A DNA stretch of 63,769 bases, counting the filler, from Collodictyon triciliatum (lineage: Eukaryota): the NCBI GenBank assembly GCA_043381765.1. It is 7 parts of 7 records of this genome, joined end to end, with 100 filler letters (N's around TTAATTAATTAA, not from the genome) between each part and the next. Parts side by side here need not be neighbours in the genome. Positions count along the whole stretch, not along the records: positions 9,414 to 18,723 come from JBHJMP010003075.1; positions 18,824 to 28,284 come from JBHJMP010003076.1; 5 more parts are not named here. One strand, given 5' to 3'. Positions 12,687 through 25,000 of the stretch are shown piece after piece; within the stretch, counting starts at the first letter, position 1, and the number at the start of each line of letters is the position of its first letter. The position numbers were made by a program, and so were the translations under genes. The notes under the pieces were generated by a model, which was given only the letters and a program-made list of their open reading frames with translations, was not told the DNA's origin and did not search any database.

Positions 12687-14298
12687 TCAACACTCGCACG
12701 TTTTTGTCGGAGGTGTGTTTTGTGACTTTGTACCTATTTGGTCAGAATTGGTGATAGTAACTTTTGTGGTTGAATTGGGCGCCTCTGAAGCCGCAGCTGC
12801 GCGAGCACTAGTCGTACTCCTATATTTCATTATATTAACTCTATATATATATATTCATTTGAAAGTGTTACGTTGCGGAGAGTTAAATAGGGGTATATCC
12901 AAGTAGAAGAAGCATATAATAGTGTGATTTGTATAAATTGGACACGATGTTTTACCGAGTTTTTTTGTAAGACTGGATTATATCCCGAAATATTTCATCA
13001 ACATTAATATATTCCTTCGATGAGGTTTCAAAGAAGCTTCCTCCTAAATGAAAAATACACCTTTCATGACAGAAAAGATACTGACACTATTTAAATATAG
13101 TATAATCCACCCATAAGGAGTCTGAACTGTGGTTAGTGATATAAAGAGTGGATAACCTATTGACGATGCGTATGCCTGTGCTACTTTCGGGTTTATAGCA
13201 CGGTTTTCTGGATTCTCTTTCACTAAATCCACTATGAATGCAGTTAGAAGGAGATAAAATCAGCTGGGATCTTCTAAAATTAAGAAATACTAAAGTAATT
13301 ACAGATCATGTTTAACTGAAAATGCTCTATGACCGATATCTGAATAAAAAAAACGCACATCTGGTTCCTACAACCACAATGTGACAATCACAGGAACACT
13401 GAAGTAGCTTCTCGTGATACTTTTTCAGACAGTGAAACGATGTCGCATCTGTGATGTCTGATACATAAAATATTTCTCAGATAGGAATATTCGAACTGAT
13501 TAATGCGTGCATAAGTGATGACAGACTCCCATTCATTAAGCAAAGAATAGTATCTACTTACCATACACAAGCAGAGCAGCATTGGCACCTCGACAATAAA
13601 ATGCGCTGATAGCCTCATAACGATCTGTTCATATAGATTGGTATTAAATGCAGAAAGTATATAATTTAGCGCAAAAAGCCATTCGTATGTCAACTTTTTT
13701 AATGTATTATTTGGCAATCATCCTTGTGTTTTCCAAAAATCGGGATTTACAAGCTCTTTGAAAGGAAAATGAACCATTCATTATATAAAAAAGTATTCCC
13801 TTGATAGCAATAACAAACTACCTGAGCCGGCTGTATCCCATATACCTACGTTGGCACCTTCACACTCATACGCAAAAAACATGGCTCCGATTGTCTGAAG
13901 TGGTAATATGATAATGATGTAATTTCAATATTTAGATATCCTTATGAAAAAGTTTTAATTTTAATCTTCTTGATAGATATATACATGGCAGGGTAGTTAT
14001 AGTTTAGTGCCAAGAAAGTAACCATTTTACATTCTCAAGAATCTTAGAAAAAGAGTACATATTTAAAGGATACGGATGCAACTAATCTTTGTTGATATGT
14101 CGCAAAAAAATATATATGGAAAAATGGAACGGGATGCGGACAGGAGAGAAAGTTGTAGCTCTTTGTTGACTTTGTATAAAAAAAAAAAAAAGAGAGACAA
14201 ACAGGTCCATGGTTTGTAAAGGTTTTGTTTAGAAGCGTGTGAACCAGCGACGTTTTTCCGACACCTTGAGCACCTAGCAGAACAACCTTGAGGTCCAT
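12687..14298 (-). CDS. RAB24: Rab24-like small GTPase, 7 exons
   Basis: Spliced product MDLKVVLLGAQGVGKTSLV...TIGAMF...[33 protein letters not shown]...VVVGTRLD...FFETSSK...TKTCEC*. DTAGS in place of DTAGQ and a Thr in G4 are Rab24 hallmarks; C-terminal CxC prenylation motif. Intron phases are consistent. Confidence 0.8.
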
Positions 14299-14411
14299 CG
14301 CGAAGCTTGGGTTTGTGCTGGACAAATATTTGTTTGTATGCTCTGTCTATTTTGCGCCGTGCTTGTGAGTGGGAATATAGGCACGTGAAGAGGATCGAGA
14401 GTGATAACGAG

Positions 14412-14513
<102 letters not shown>

Positions 14514-16959
14514 GTGATAAGTAATAATAATAATGATAGTGATAAGTAATAGTTTTGCTTCATTTTGTTTGTTTGCTACAAAGGAGCACTCAGTATCGCA
14601 TGAACCCATCGCACCTGCGCGCACGGCAACGCGGGCAGCCCGTGTGGGACAACAGAAGTTGTGGAGAGGCCTGGTATGGTATAGATGGGCCATATATGGA
14701 GTTAGATGTGGAGAAAGGTATGGTACTTAGGCGAGCTAGGAGGTTTGGGGGATTGAGAGATTGTATTCTATCGTATTTTATCTTCTTTTTTTTTTTGTGA
14801 GGAAGGGCATATAGAGAGTAGGGTATGTGGTGTATAAGTAGTTAGGGTGTTATTTTATGGAGAACGGTCTCTACTGAAGACGGACACAAGACGGCACATA
14901 GGACGACAGAGAGGACGACTAGCGAAGAAGCGTAGCGGATCGAAGGAGGTAATGAAGTGAAGGTATAAAGCAAGAGACCGGGCACATGACATGGAAGGTA
15001 GATGGGAAAAGTAGAATGGTGTGCGAATATAAAGTAATCGATGTGGATTGATGATAATGTATGCAGATTTATGTGGACAGAGTAGAAATGATGAGGAACT
15101 ATCAGAATGATGCGAATAAATGCGAATAAATGTGAATTGGTAGGAAATAGCACGCATACATCTGAGCGATAGCGTGCAAGACAATTAACAGGATGTGAAT
15201 AAAAAAATTAAAATTGTAGGAGATATATTAATAGTATTACATCACATAATTTATGGGAGATACTGATTTTTATTTTCATGTTACTTTTGTTGCATCTAGA
15301 ATGTTATTTTTTTTTTTTTGGTGTTTAAGCGTATAAGGTAGATTCTATTATTTGGAATTCGAGGGGGAGTTAATTACATACACTGATGTATTTTTAGGGA
15401 AAAGTTTGCCTCAAGAACTGTAATGCTAATGAAATTGTAGAATTTTATATGTCAAAAGAAATACTAGACCGGTGTGATTTGTTCTTTTTATATTATTTGT
15501 GAATTTACTTTGAATCGAATAAAGGAAAAAAAATATTATTTGTGAATTTATTGTTACGCGTAATTCTCATTAATCCTGAGAAACTGACCGTGGATAAAGT
15601 TGGAGTCTGAGTTATTGGTTGTTGTAGCGATGTATGCGATGAGATTATTATCGACATCTACTGATTTCATAGGAGGGAATCCTTAATTCAGTTCCTGTTT
15701 TGACCTGACGTGTAGCCAAATCCGACTCGTGTCACTTCCACATAGCGAAGGCAAAACTGTATTATTGGACTGTAGAAGGAAAGGTAATTTAACAAAGTAT
15801 AAACCTCCATCATATTGCACAAATTGGAAGAAAGAAAAAAGAAAAGGTAATTCAAATGCAACTTTGTTAAAACGAAATAAAGTACGAAATAATTATGCAC
15901 ATGTTATTTATTAAGATGTATCGAACGTTTGGGCGGTGTAGGTGGGCTAAATATAAGGATGCGCTTACGTTAAATTAAAAAAAGTATATTGTCATGTAAT
16001 TTTTATGTTCAAATTTATTTAACCAGTGCATTTATTATCATTACCATTATTATTGCTTTGATTTACGTGTATCAACAACAATACTCTTAATGCGTGAATG
16101 TTTTGATACCTTTCTTATAAAGAACGTGCTTGGGCTGTCCTATCACAGTTGGCTAATGAAGACCGCGATTACGCTTGCAGTGTGTAGTGGCTTATTGATA
16201 TCTCAAAATCTTATTCTGTATCATTTGTGAATGACTAATTAAATAGAATCGAATTGTTGAATAAATCACGTGTTTCATTTTTATTATTTTTTGAGACGAA
16301 ATGAGTATAGTACAGAAAACAGTGTATATATGGTTTGTGAAAAATATTTATTTGTGAAATTCATGCTTATCATTTGATTATATTAATAAAATCCAATATG
16401 ATGAAATTGAATGTCTAGATTTTGTGCCTGAAGAATGATTTATATTGCTTTATCTACTACATATCGGCCTTAGTGGTTGATGGCTTACAGGAAAATGATA
16501 AAGGCAAGTTTTAGTAGAAAGAAAATGTTCATAAAGTCTTGTTTATTGAACCTGTGTTTTTTTTTGATATATTTGTTGACTTTTTAAAGGGTTGAATTCG
16601 ATTATCTGGGACATAATTTCTTTATTTTAAAGCATGGTAGTGATAAACTATTATTACATATAACAACAGCACGATTTAAAATAGTTTACAAATATCCTTA
16701 GACAAAAGTTAAGCCCATGAGCAGCCTTTCAAACATGTATTTAATACTTCCAAGAGTTTCACTTCATATAGCGTCAATTCGATAGTTAATGACGTATACA
16801 TACACAGTGTAGATAAAATTTTGGTGAATTTTTTTATTGTAGTATTTGGCCCAATTATATGTATGCTTGAGTGGGTATGACTTGATAGTATTATGATGGC
16901 ACGGTAGTATCTTATTGCCAATAACAGTGGGTATTTTAAGTTATGTTCAGGACATCATG

Positions 16960-18240
16960 TAATGATTTTTGGTTTTGCACAAAAACCACACGGAAGGCAA
17001 CCAAGCCTCACTTTGACGACGGAAATGTTGTCTACGAGCACTGAAGAACGCGACCGGTGGAGCGAGCGGCGGGGATGCAGCAGAAGGAACTCTACCCGAC
17101 CGGCTGCGTGGTGCGCCTTGTGGGCGAGTAAACTGAGACACTGACGCATACCAAACGTCTGCGTCTGCTGGAGCAGCTGTCCGAAGTCCACCGCATCCGT
17201 ACACGCGGTCAATCTCTCACCGATGTTGTCTCGCCCGTGGTCAAGCTGAACATGCCTCACAAAGAAGCTGCCACAACCACGCAGCCACGCAAGACTCAGG
17301 ATTCGCCCTGCAGGCAGGGGAGTCCGCCATACGCAAGTGAAGCCGGTGACTACGAACCGGACCAGCCACACGGCGACACAAGGGCCACAGACCTGTCTTT
17401 GGAGGAGGGTTACGCCTCCGCCTCTTCCTCTTAATTCGCCCAGTGTGGCCCGGCGCTCTGCCTATGAGCGCATTGGGGGACTAACGTTCCCCATCTTGAA
17501 GGGTGGCTCAAAGAATCTTTCTTTCCCTTCGCCCCGGAGGATTTGCGATACATTTGGTTTTAAGACACATATCGATCTTGGCAGCTCCCTCAGTCATTCA
17601 GGACCGATTCCTGAAGATGCCATTCAAGAGGGAGGGGAAATGTCGCTCACTTTCACAACCCGTCGAGTGTCAAAACAATTTGAAACCAAACATCCCCTCG
17701 TGGATACCTCGCATCAGTCCTGACCTCCTCTATGGGTATACCGACCATCATACCCATACCCTACCCCAAACGAACCCATTAACAGACTCCCTGAGCCGGG
17801 AGACTGCAGGCAGCTAACACCTCATGACACGTGAGTCCTGAATAGCTGACCAAATCCACTTGCAAGACCTGCGGTAACAAAGCCAAAACTCCTGACCTTG
17901 GTTGAGAGAGACACCAGGGAGTGGAAGCTTATAGCCATAGGTTTTCTTTTGCAAGCAAGAGGGAGAAATCCCTTCGACAACCCCACTGAAAAGACCCTAA
18001 TACGGTCTGGAAGGAGGTGAGTCAACCATGCAGAGAAGTCCTCTTTGCACTCGACCTAGTGCTTATCAAACGAACCTCACTTCTCTTTTCACCATCCTTT
18101 TCGACACCTTGCGCCATCAAAGCAGTATTCCCCCACCTCCATCCAATCAACATCACCCGTCCCTTTTTTTTCTTGCTCGCGGGACACTATCACGCGTCCC
18201 CAAAAGAAATCCATGCGTCTCTTATCAAGCCTCAAGGACC
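16960..18240 (+). mobile_element. Highly decayed non-LTR retrotransposon (ORF1, APE endonuclease and pre-RT remnants)
   Basis: GC-rich, intronless, many stops and frameshifts. ORF1-like ...VVSPVVKLNMPHK; DLLYGYTDHH (APE SDH-like, ~17720-17750); LTSLFTILFDTLRHQSSIPP (RT N-terminal-like, ~18075-18135). Confidence 0.45.
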
Positions 18241-18249
18241 TCTCTTTTC

Positions 18250-18723
18250 CCTTTTTTTCTTTTATTTTTTATACCTGTTTTTCTTTCTATCTCCCTTATC
18301 CCCACCTCCTTTGGAACTACTTGCCTGATGGTTGAATGAAAGATTGTTGAGACGGGCTCAACAGCTAAGACTTTTAGAATAAAAAAAAGGAGCCGTCTTT
18401 TTTGAATGATATTTCTCTGGTGATGGCCGTGTTGCCTTCGTAAATTTTTTTCATGATGCAGAAGCCTTTCTGGTTGTCCCAGCATATTTGTCCTGCTGCT
18501 AATGGCTCGTTCAGGGGTATTGTCATTTCGCAGTGAGTATACAGAATCTGCCAACGCGAGAGCAAAGGCTCGGGTGTGTTTGGAGGTGGTCGTGGGATTG
18601 TTCTTTGTTGCAACTGTGTTTTGAAGTCTGCACACAGTTTGGTGATGAGTTTCCACATCCCAATTTGCCAAAACCCTTTCGGCTGCATGAACATGTCCGT
18701 CCACCACTTCATGGTCAGTGATA
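18250..18723 (-). mobile_element. Probable 3' end of a retroelement ORF2 with A-rich tail, truncated by spacer
   Basis: Trp-rich open frame KWWTDMF...FWQIGMWKLI...LLSRWQILY (18374-18712) followed on the minus strand by an A-rich tract (~18250-18290). Confidence 0.35.
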
Positions 18724-18823
18724 NNNNNNNNNNNNNNNNNNNNNNNNNNNNNNNNNNNNNNNNNNNNTTAATTAATTAANNNNNNNNNNNNNNNNNNNNN
18801 NNNNNNNNNNNNNNNNNNNNNNN

Positions 18824-19930
18824 GAAGTCTGCTTTACACACAAGACACAACCCCCGAAGGCTCTCAATTATGCCGGATGTGACGCAGTCTGCTTCACAAG
18901 ACACAAGACACGCCCTCGAAGGCTCTCCACTATGCCGTGATTACGACGCAGTCTGCTTCACAAGACACAACCCTCGAAGGCTCTCCACTATGCCCGAATA
19001 CGACGCAGTCTGCTCCACACACACGCCCTCGAAGGCTCCCCACTACGCCGAACGTCGACGAAGTCTGCTTCACACACACAAGACACACAGAGGCTCTACA
19101 CTATGCCGAACGTCGACGCAGTCTGCTTCACACACAAACCTCGAAGGCTCTCCACTACGCCGGATGTGACGCAGTCTGCTTCACAAGACACAACCCTCGA
19201 AGGCTATCCACTATGCCGTGATTACGACACAGTCTGCTCCACACACACAAGACACACAGAGGCTCTACACTATGCCGGGATGTGACGAAATCTGCTTTAC
19301 ACACAAGACACAACCCCCGAAGGGTCTGCACTATGCCGGAATACGACACAGTCTGCTTCACACACACAAGACACACAGAGGCTCTACACTATGCCGGGAT
19401 GTGACGAAATCTGCTTTACACACAAGACACAACCCTCGAAGGCTCTCCACTATGCCCGAATACGACGCAGTCTGCTCCACACACACAAACCTCGAAGGCT
19501 CTCCACTACGCCGAACGTCGACACAGTCTGCTCCACACACACAAGACACACAGAGGCTCTACACTATGCCGAACGTCGACGCAGTCTGCTTCACACACAC
19601 AAGACACACAGAGGCTCTCCACTACGCCGAACGTCGACGAAGTCTGCTACACAAGACACAACCCCCGAAGGCTATGCACTATGCCGGAATACGACACAGT
19701 CTGCTTCACACACAAGACACACAGAGGCTCTACACTATGCCGGGATGTGACGAAGTCTGCTTTACACACACAAGACACAACCCTCGAAGGCTCTCCACTA
19801 TGTTGGGATGAGACGAAGTCTGCTTCACACACAAGACACGCCCTCGAAGGCTCTCCTCTATGCCCGAATACGACGTAGTCTGCTTCTCACACACAACCCT
19901 CGAAGGATCTCCACTACGCCCGAATACGGT
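18824..19930. repeat. Modular minisatellite, ~19 units of ~53-64 bp
   Basis: Unit: gtctgctYcac(ac)n(aagacac)n-[aaccctcga|acag]aggctctccactatgcc-[variable 7-10 nt]-gacNNN. Confidence 0.95.
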
Positions 19931-20059
19931 AACTATAAGTCAACTACAACCAGAAATTATATTTTTTTGCTTTGCAATTGGCACTTTGTTTTGCGCAAGC
20001 ACATACTTCGTTGACGTTTTTTTGTCATAATTCGTACGGAAGAAGTTCATGCGTGCTTA

Positions 20060-21285
20060 AAGGGGAAAAAATTGAATATCTCCTGTCAAAATAGAGCAGT
20101 CTGTGCCAGATATGGGGAACATTCGAAGCCCAATTCCCTGTTTATTGAGCAACGGAGTCTACTTCACACACAAATACTGCTAAAGCTCTGCACTATGCCG
20201 AATACGAAAGCCGTAAGTCTTAAGCAATCAGATGTTTTATTAACTTCACTTCGAGCACTTTGATTTTCATTTGCAAAAACCTAGTCGATGAACTACATTA
20301 TAATTAATACGGAAGAAAGGTATATTCATGCACAGAGCATCAAAATTGAATATCTTCTGTCAAAATAGTGCGATATGTGTCAGTTATGGGGAACATTCGA
20401 AGCCCAATTGCTTGTTTATTGAGCAACGATGTCTGATTCACAAGGCACACAACCCTCAAAGGCGCTCCACTATGATGAATACGAAAACCGTAAGTCTTAA
20501 GCAATCAGACATATTATGCTTTCTCTTCACTTCACTTTGAGCATTTTGTCTTTTTACTCCACACACTTAGTGGATGTTTTTTTATTATAATTCATATAGA
20601 AGGCTTATTCGTGCATAGAGCATAAAAATTAAATCTCTCTTGTGAAAATAGTGCATTCTGTGTCCGACTATGGAACATTCGAAGCCTAATTCCCTGATTA
20701 TTGAGCAACAAAGCTGAATCGCGGACAAACACAACCCTCAAAGGCTCTCCACTATGCCGAATACGAAAACCGTAAGTCTTAAGCAATCAGACATATTATG
20801 CTTTCTCTTCACTTCACTTTGAGCACTTTGATTTGCATTTGCATACTTAGTCGATGTTTTTTTATTATAATTATTCATATAGAAGGTTTATTCATGCATA
20901 AAGCATAAAAATTGAATTTCCTTTGTGTAAATAGTGCATTCTGTGTCCGACTATGGAACATTCGAAGCCTAATTCCCTGCTTACTGAATAACGAATCGTG
21001 GACAAACACAACCCTCAAAGGCTCTTCACTATGCCCGCATACGAAAACCGTAAGTCTTAACCAATCAGACATATTATGCTTTCTCTTCACTTCACTTCGA
21101 GCACTTTGTTTTTTTACTTGCATACTTAGTCGATGTTTTGCTATAATTCATATAGAAGTTTATGCATGCATAGAGCATAAAAATCGAATTTCTATTGTGT
21201 AAATAGTGCATTCTGTGTCCGACTATGTGAACATTCGAAGCTCAATTCCCTGCTTATTGAGCAACAAAGTCGAATCGCGGACACG
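20060..21285. repeat. ~280-bp tandem satellite, ~4.5 copies
   Basis: The block aatagtgcattctgtgtccgactatggaacattcgaagcctaattccctg...gtaagtcttaagcaatcagac recurs with unit starts near 20071, 20346, 20627, 20911 and 21181. Confidence 0.9.
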
Positions 21286-22050
21286 AGACTCAACACATTC
21301 CCGTCCATGTGCAGACGCGAAGAACTTCAGGTGAGTATCCCATTAATACAACCATTATTATCATTAAGAGTCTCTTATTTTCTCCATCATTACCATTACA
21401 ACAATAGAAAACACTTGAGCATTTTTTCAGCATATCAATAACCAAAGAACCCATAATAATGTGTCGACAATCCATTTTCCAATGTGCATTCTCCAGTTTC
21501 TGATTGCAGAATTTCGGCCACTCTCCAACCGCAGCGACGCCGGACTTAGCACAAAGAGACGCATCCGTGCAGGTGATTCAGGAAACCCACGAACATGCAG
21601 CAACTCCTCCGCACCAACGCGACTCATGTGGGCACCCCCAGTATTCCCAGCCATATGGCCATTCCCAGGTCTTTGGTGACGCCCGGTGACGCACGCGACA
21701 AGCACCCGGCTATTCCCAAGACTTTCGATGCAAGAGGTCAACCTTGGCTGTGGCCAACCCCGAACCGGTGAATTTCCAAGGAAGCACAAGCACACAAGTT
21801 CTGCACAAGTCGTCTTCTCTGAAAAATCCGCGGGCCTTTGCGGGATATTTAACCTCGTCTTGTCGAAATCCTTCCTTCTCTTTTCTTATTCACAAAGTAC
21901 TTTCTGGTTTCCGTGTGCACAACCCTACCGTCCTGACTCGAGTAATTCTGTCCTGTGTGATTGTGAAGTTCACTCATAAAACAAATATATGATGTGTATT
22001 GTATTGACACATAGCCAGTACTCATATATACACAGACGGAATCTGTCCAG

Positions 22051-25000
22051 ATGTCCGACTACCTCACACCTGCCCAAGTGGATGAGCTTTTGGAAGAAGT
22101 CCGGAAACTCTCCAGGGATCCTGATATTGCCAGTCTAAAACGCTCCACATCTCTGAATCTCGGTGAAAAGAATCTGTCATCTGTGCCGCCTGGTGTTTTT
22201 CTGTTGACTAGTCTGAAAGAATTGTGGCTTGAAAACAATAAGCTGTCATCGCTGCCTGCACAAATATCGTGTTTGACTGGTCTCACATATCTCGATGTTC
22301 AAAACAATAAGCTGTCATCACTACCTGCACAAATATCGTGTTTGACTGGTCTCAGTGTTCTTGTTGTATGTGACAATCCGGTATGTTTTTATTCATATAT
22401 TATATTATGTTTATGTTTAGAAGAAAATGACTGACAACGATACACGCAGATGGAGGAGCTTCCAGCACAGATCACAGCACTCACAAATCTGAAAGAACTC
22501 TACATAAAATATACATACACACAAACCATAAAGAGAGCCCCGCGTGGCATCTCAAATCTCCCCTGCTGGAACAACACAGGATACTATGACTACCAACACA
22601 TCCGCGCTCTGCAGCTCTACGACCCCGTAAGCACACATCCACCCCCAACCCCCACATACACAACACAGGACACAACTAACATAACCCTAGGTCGATACCG
22701 CAGCTGAAGCTAAAAGAGCTGAAGAGGCTAAAAGAGCTGAAGAAGCTAAAAGAGCTGAAGAAGCTAAAAGAGCTGAAGAAGCTAAAAGAGCTGAAGAAGC
22801 TAGAAAAGCTGAAGAAGCTAAAAAAGCTGAAGAAGCCAAACAGAAACTGCTGCTCGAAAGACAGGTAAATGAACAACCTAAAATAAAACCACCATAATTA
22901 ATAATAATCTTTCGGGGATCTCACAAATATGAATATTAGACCCAGTTCGTGCAGGCCAAAAAGACAGTCCACCCAGGTTTACAATAAATCCATCACTGAA
23001 AGCGAAAGCAAAAAAATAAAATAGTTGTGGATTTTGTACTAACGACAACTACACAGACCAAACAAAGACAGAATACAAACCGTTCGCGGAGGGAGAGGTC
23101 TTCGCCTTGCAAACACCCGTCACAGGAGAGTAAGCAAGCGTCTAAGATCCATTCGATTATGAACACAATATTGGTATATATGGAAGCAAAAAAAAAACTC
23201 TCACTGAGCCCTTCATAACAGCGCATTCAAGGTCAGCAGCACAGATGGCGAATTCTTCATCGAAAAGATCCACGCCAAGGAGCTCAGCCCAGGGTGTTGT
23301 GGAAATGCCTCGCCCAAAGGTGAAATGCTGTTCATCACTATTGAGGAATAAAAAACCCTTTCTACTTTTCTGGTTGCCTTACCCGTTACCTTTTAGACCA
23401 ACAAAAGAGAAGACACAAATTGGCCAAAAAGGAAAAGCCAGCCCAGCAACTACAAGACGAAGAACCTCAAACAAACACCATAGACACACCTGTATTCATC
23501 CATTCTTTCGATCTGAGGACCCGTTTTCAAAAACAATAAAATAAAGCAAATACTAACTTAGCTTGATTCTAGAGCGAACAAGAAGCCAACGTCTCTGAAG
23601 CCGAAATCAATGCCTGTCTCAGCGGATGCCTCTGCGGCGTCTGCGTCAGCCAGTATAACAACCCGAGTTTCCTGCCATGCCAACACACATTCTGCTCCGG
23701 CTGCATAAAGACAGTCACCGACTCAAACGAAGAACCGCCGCTTCGATGCCCGCTATGTGCCGAGCCAGCCTACGTGGATGGGAACACGGTTGGTGAGTTA
23801 AAGGCGTATGAGTTTGACGCGGCCTCTCTGGGAGGCATGAACGCCGGCCTTGAGGCTGGGAAAGCCACAGCAAGCGTTGTGGTGATCAAATGCAAAGGGA
23901 AGACCAAGGGTCTGAGCTGTCAGAACGACGCTACTCACTACTGCACCGTCTGTGGTGAAAGAGGATTATTTTGCGAAACGCACAGTGATATGCATGCAGA
24001 TTCGAACGATGAAGACCACATCATAAAGTAATATCTAATTTTCGACATACTGATGTATAATAAAGTCATACGAGTTTTTACCTTGGCTATATTTCAAACA
24101 CATTCTCACATTCACTTTCGTCCAGTAAACTCGAGTTCGGAGCCGTACCGAGTACAAAGAAAACGGAAAACTGCCCGATCCACAAGAATATCCCAGTTGA
24201 ATACTTCTGCCCATCCTGCCCCGAGTCTCCATTGAAGTGTGCAAAATGTGTACTGGATGACCGCAATCATTTAGACAAACACATAGAACTTTCACAACAA
24301 GGATTCGACGCCAATTCTATTCTAGCCACCAAAATCCAAGAGCTCCGCAAGTCAGAGACCAAACTAGCACCGAATATTGCATCAATCCAGCTGAAGATGA
24401 GAAAGGTTAGCTATTTCAAAATATTTTATTTCCGTCTAAAAAAATCTGAGTTTGCCAGCATAAACATCACAATAACAACCTTGCCCATATAGGAAGCCGA
24501 GCAGCACCAGAAGAGAGGCAACGAACTCGATGCATTCATCAAAGAACTTGAAGCACAAGTCGGCCAGTTTAAGGCTGAGTCGAAGAAGGAGGTAAGCTCA
24601 ACTTTCTCGCGTTTTCCAGAGTTTTTTTTAAAAAAAAAAAGTATGCCATATTCCACAAGGATATTAATACCTACAATATAACCCAGCTCGAAGCGTTGAA
24701 CGAGTCCATCCTTGGCCCGCTGAGGGACTCGCAGAACAGCCTCATGAACGAAATGCGCCGAATCCACATTGCCAAACGAACCCTGCGCAAGCTGATTGAA
24801 AAGCCCGAAGGCGAGCGCTCCCTGATCCAGATGGGCAACGCACTGCGCTTCGCCAACCAAGTCCTTTATTCCAAATACGATACACCAATTGAGATTGCCC
24901 CACTTACCTTTGTCTCGAGACTGCCGCGAACCATCCTGGACGACCTCAAGAGCATGAACGAGACATTCATGTTTGGCCTGAGCACTGCTGAGGAAGCAGA

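Noticed and set aside
9529-14298. Functional cluster of prenyltransferase alpha subunit and prenylated Rab
   Set aside because: An N gap and an unrelated ORF lie between them; the subunit looks FTase/GGTase-I type whereas CxC Rabs use RabGGTase; likely coincidence.
15560-16930. Possible small-exon gene in AT-rich stretch
   Set aside because: A few exon-like patches, but I could not assemble a coherent frame or recognise a product.
18870-19878. ORFs in the minisatellite
   Set aside because: Unit lengths are not consistently multiples of three and frames shift between units; by-product of the repeat.
18824-19930. CRISPR array
   Set aside because: Variable parts are only 7-10 nt and are reused, not unique spacers; no cas genes; eukaryotic context.
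20465-20495. Hammerhead ribozyme core (tatgatga..cgaaa) in the satellite
   Set aside because: Lacks the exact CUGAUGA, is present in only one copy, and has no flanking stems.
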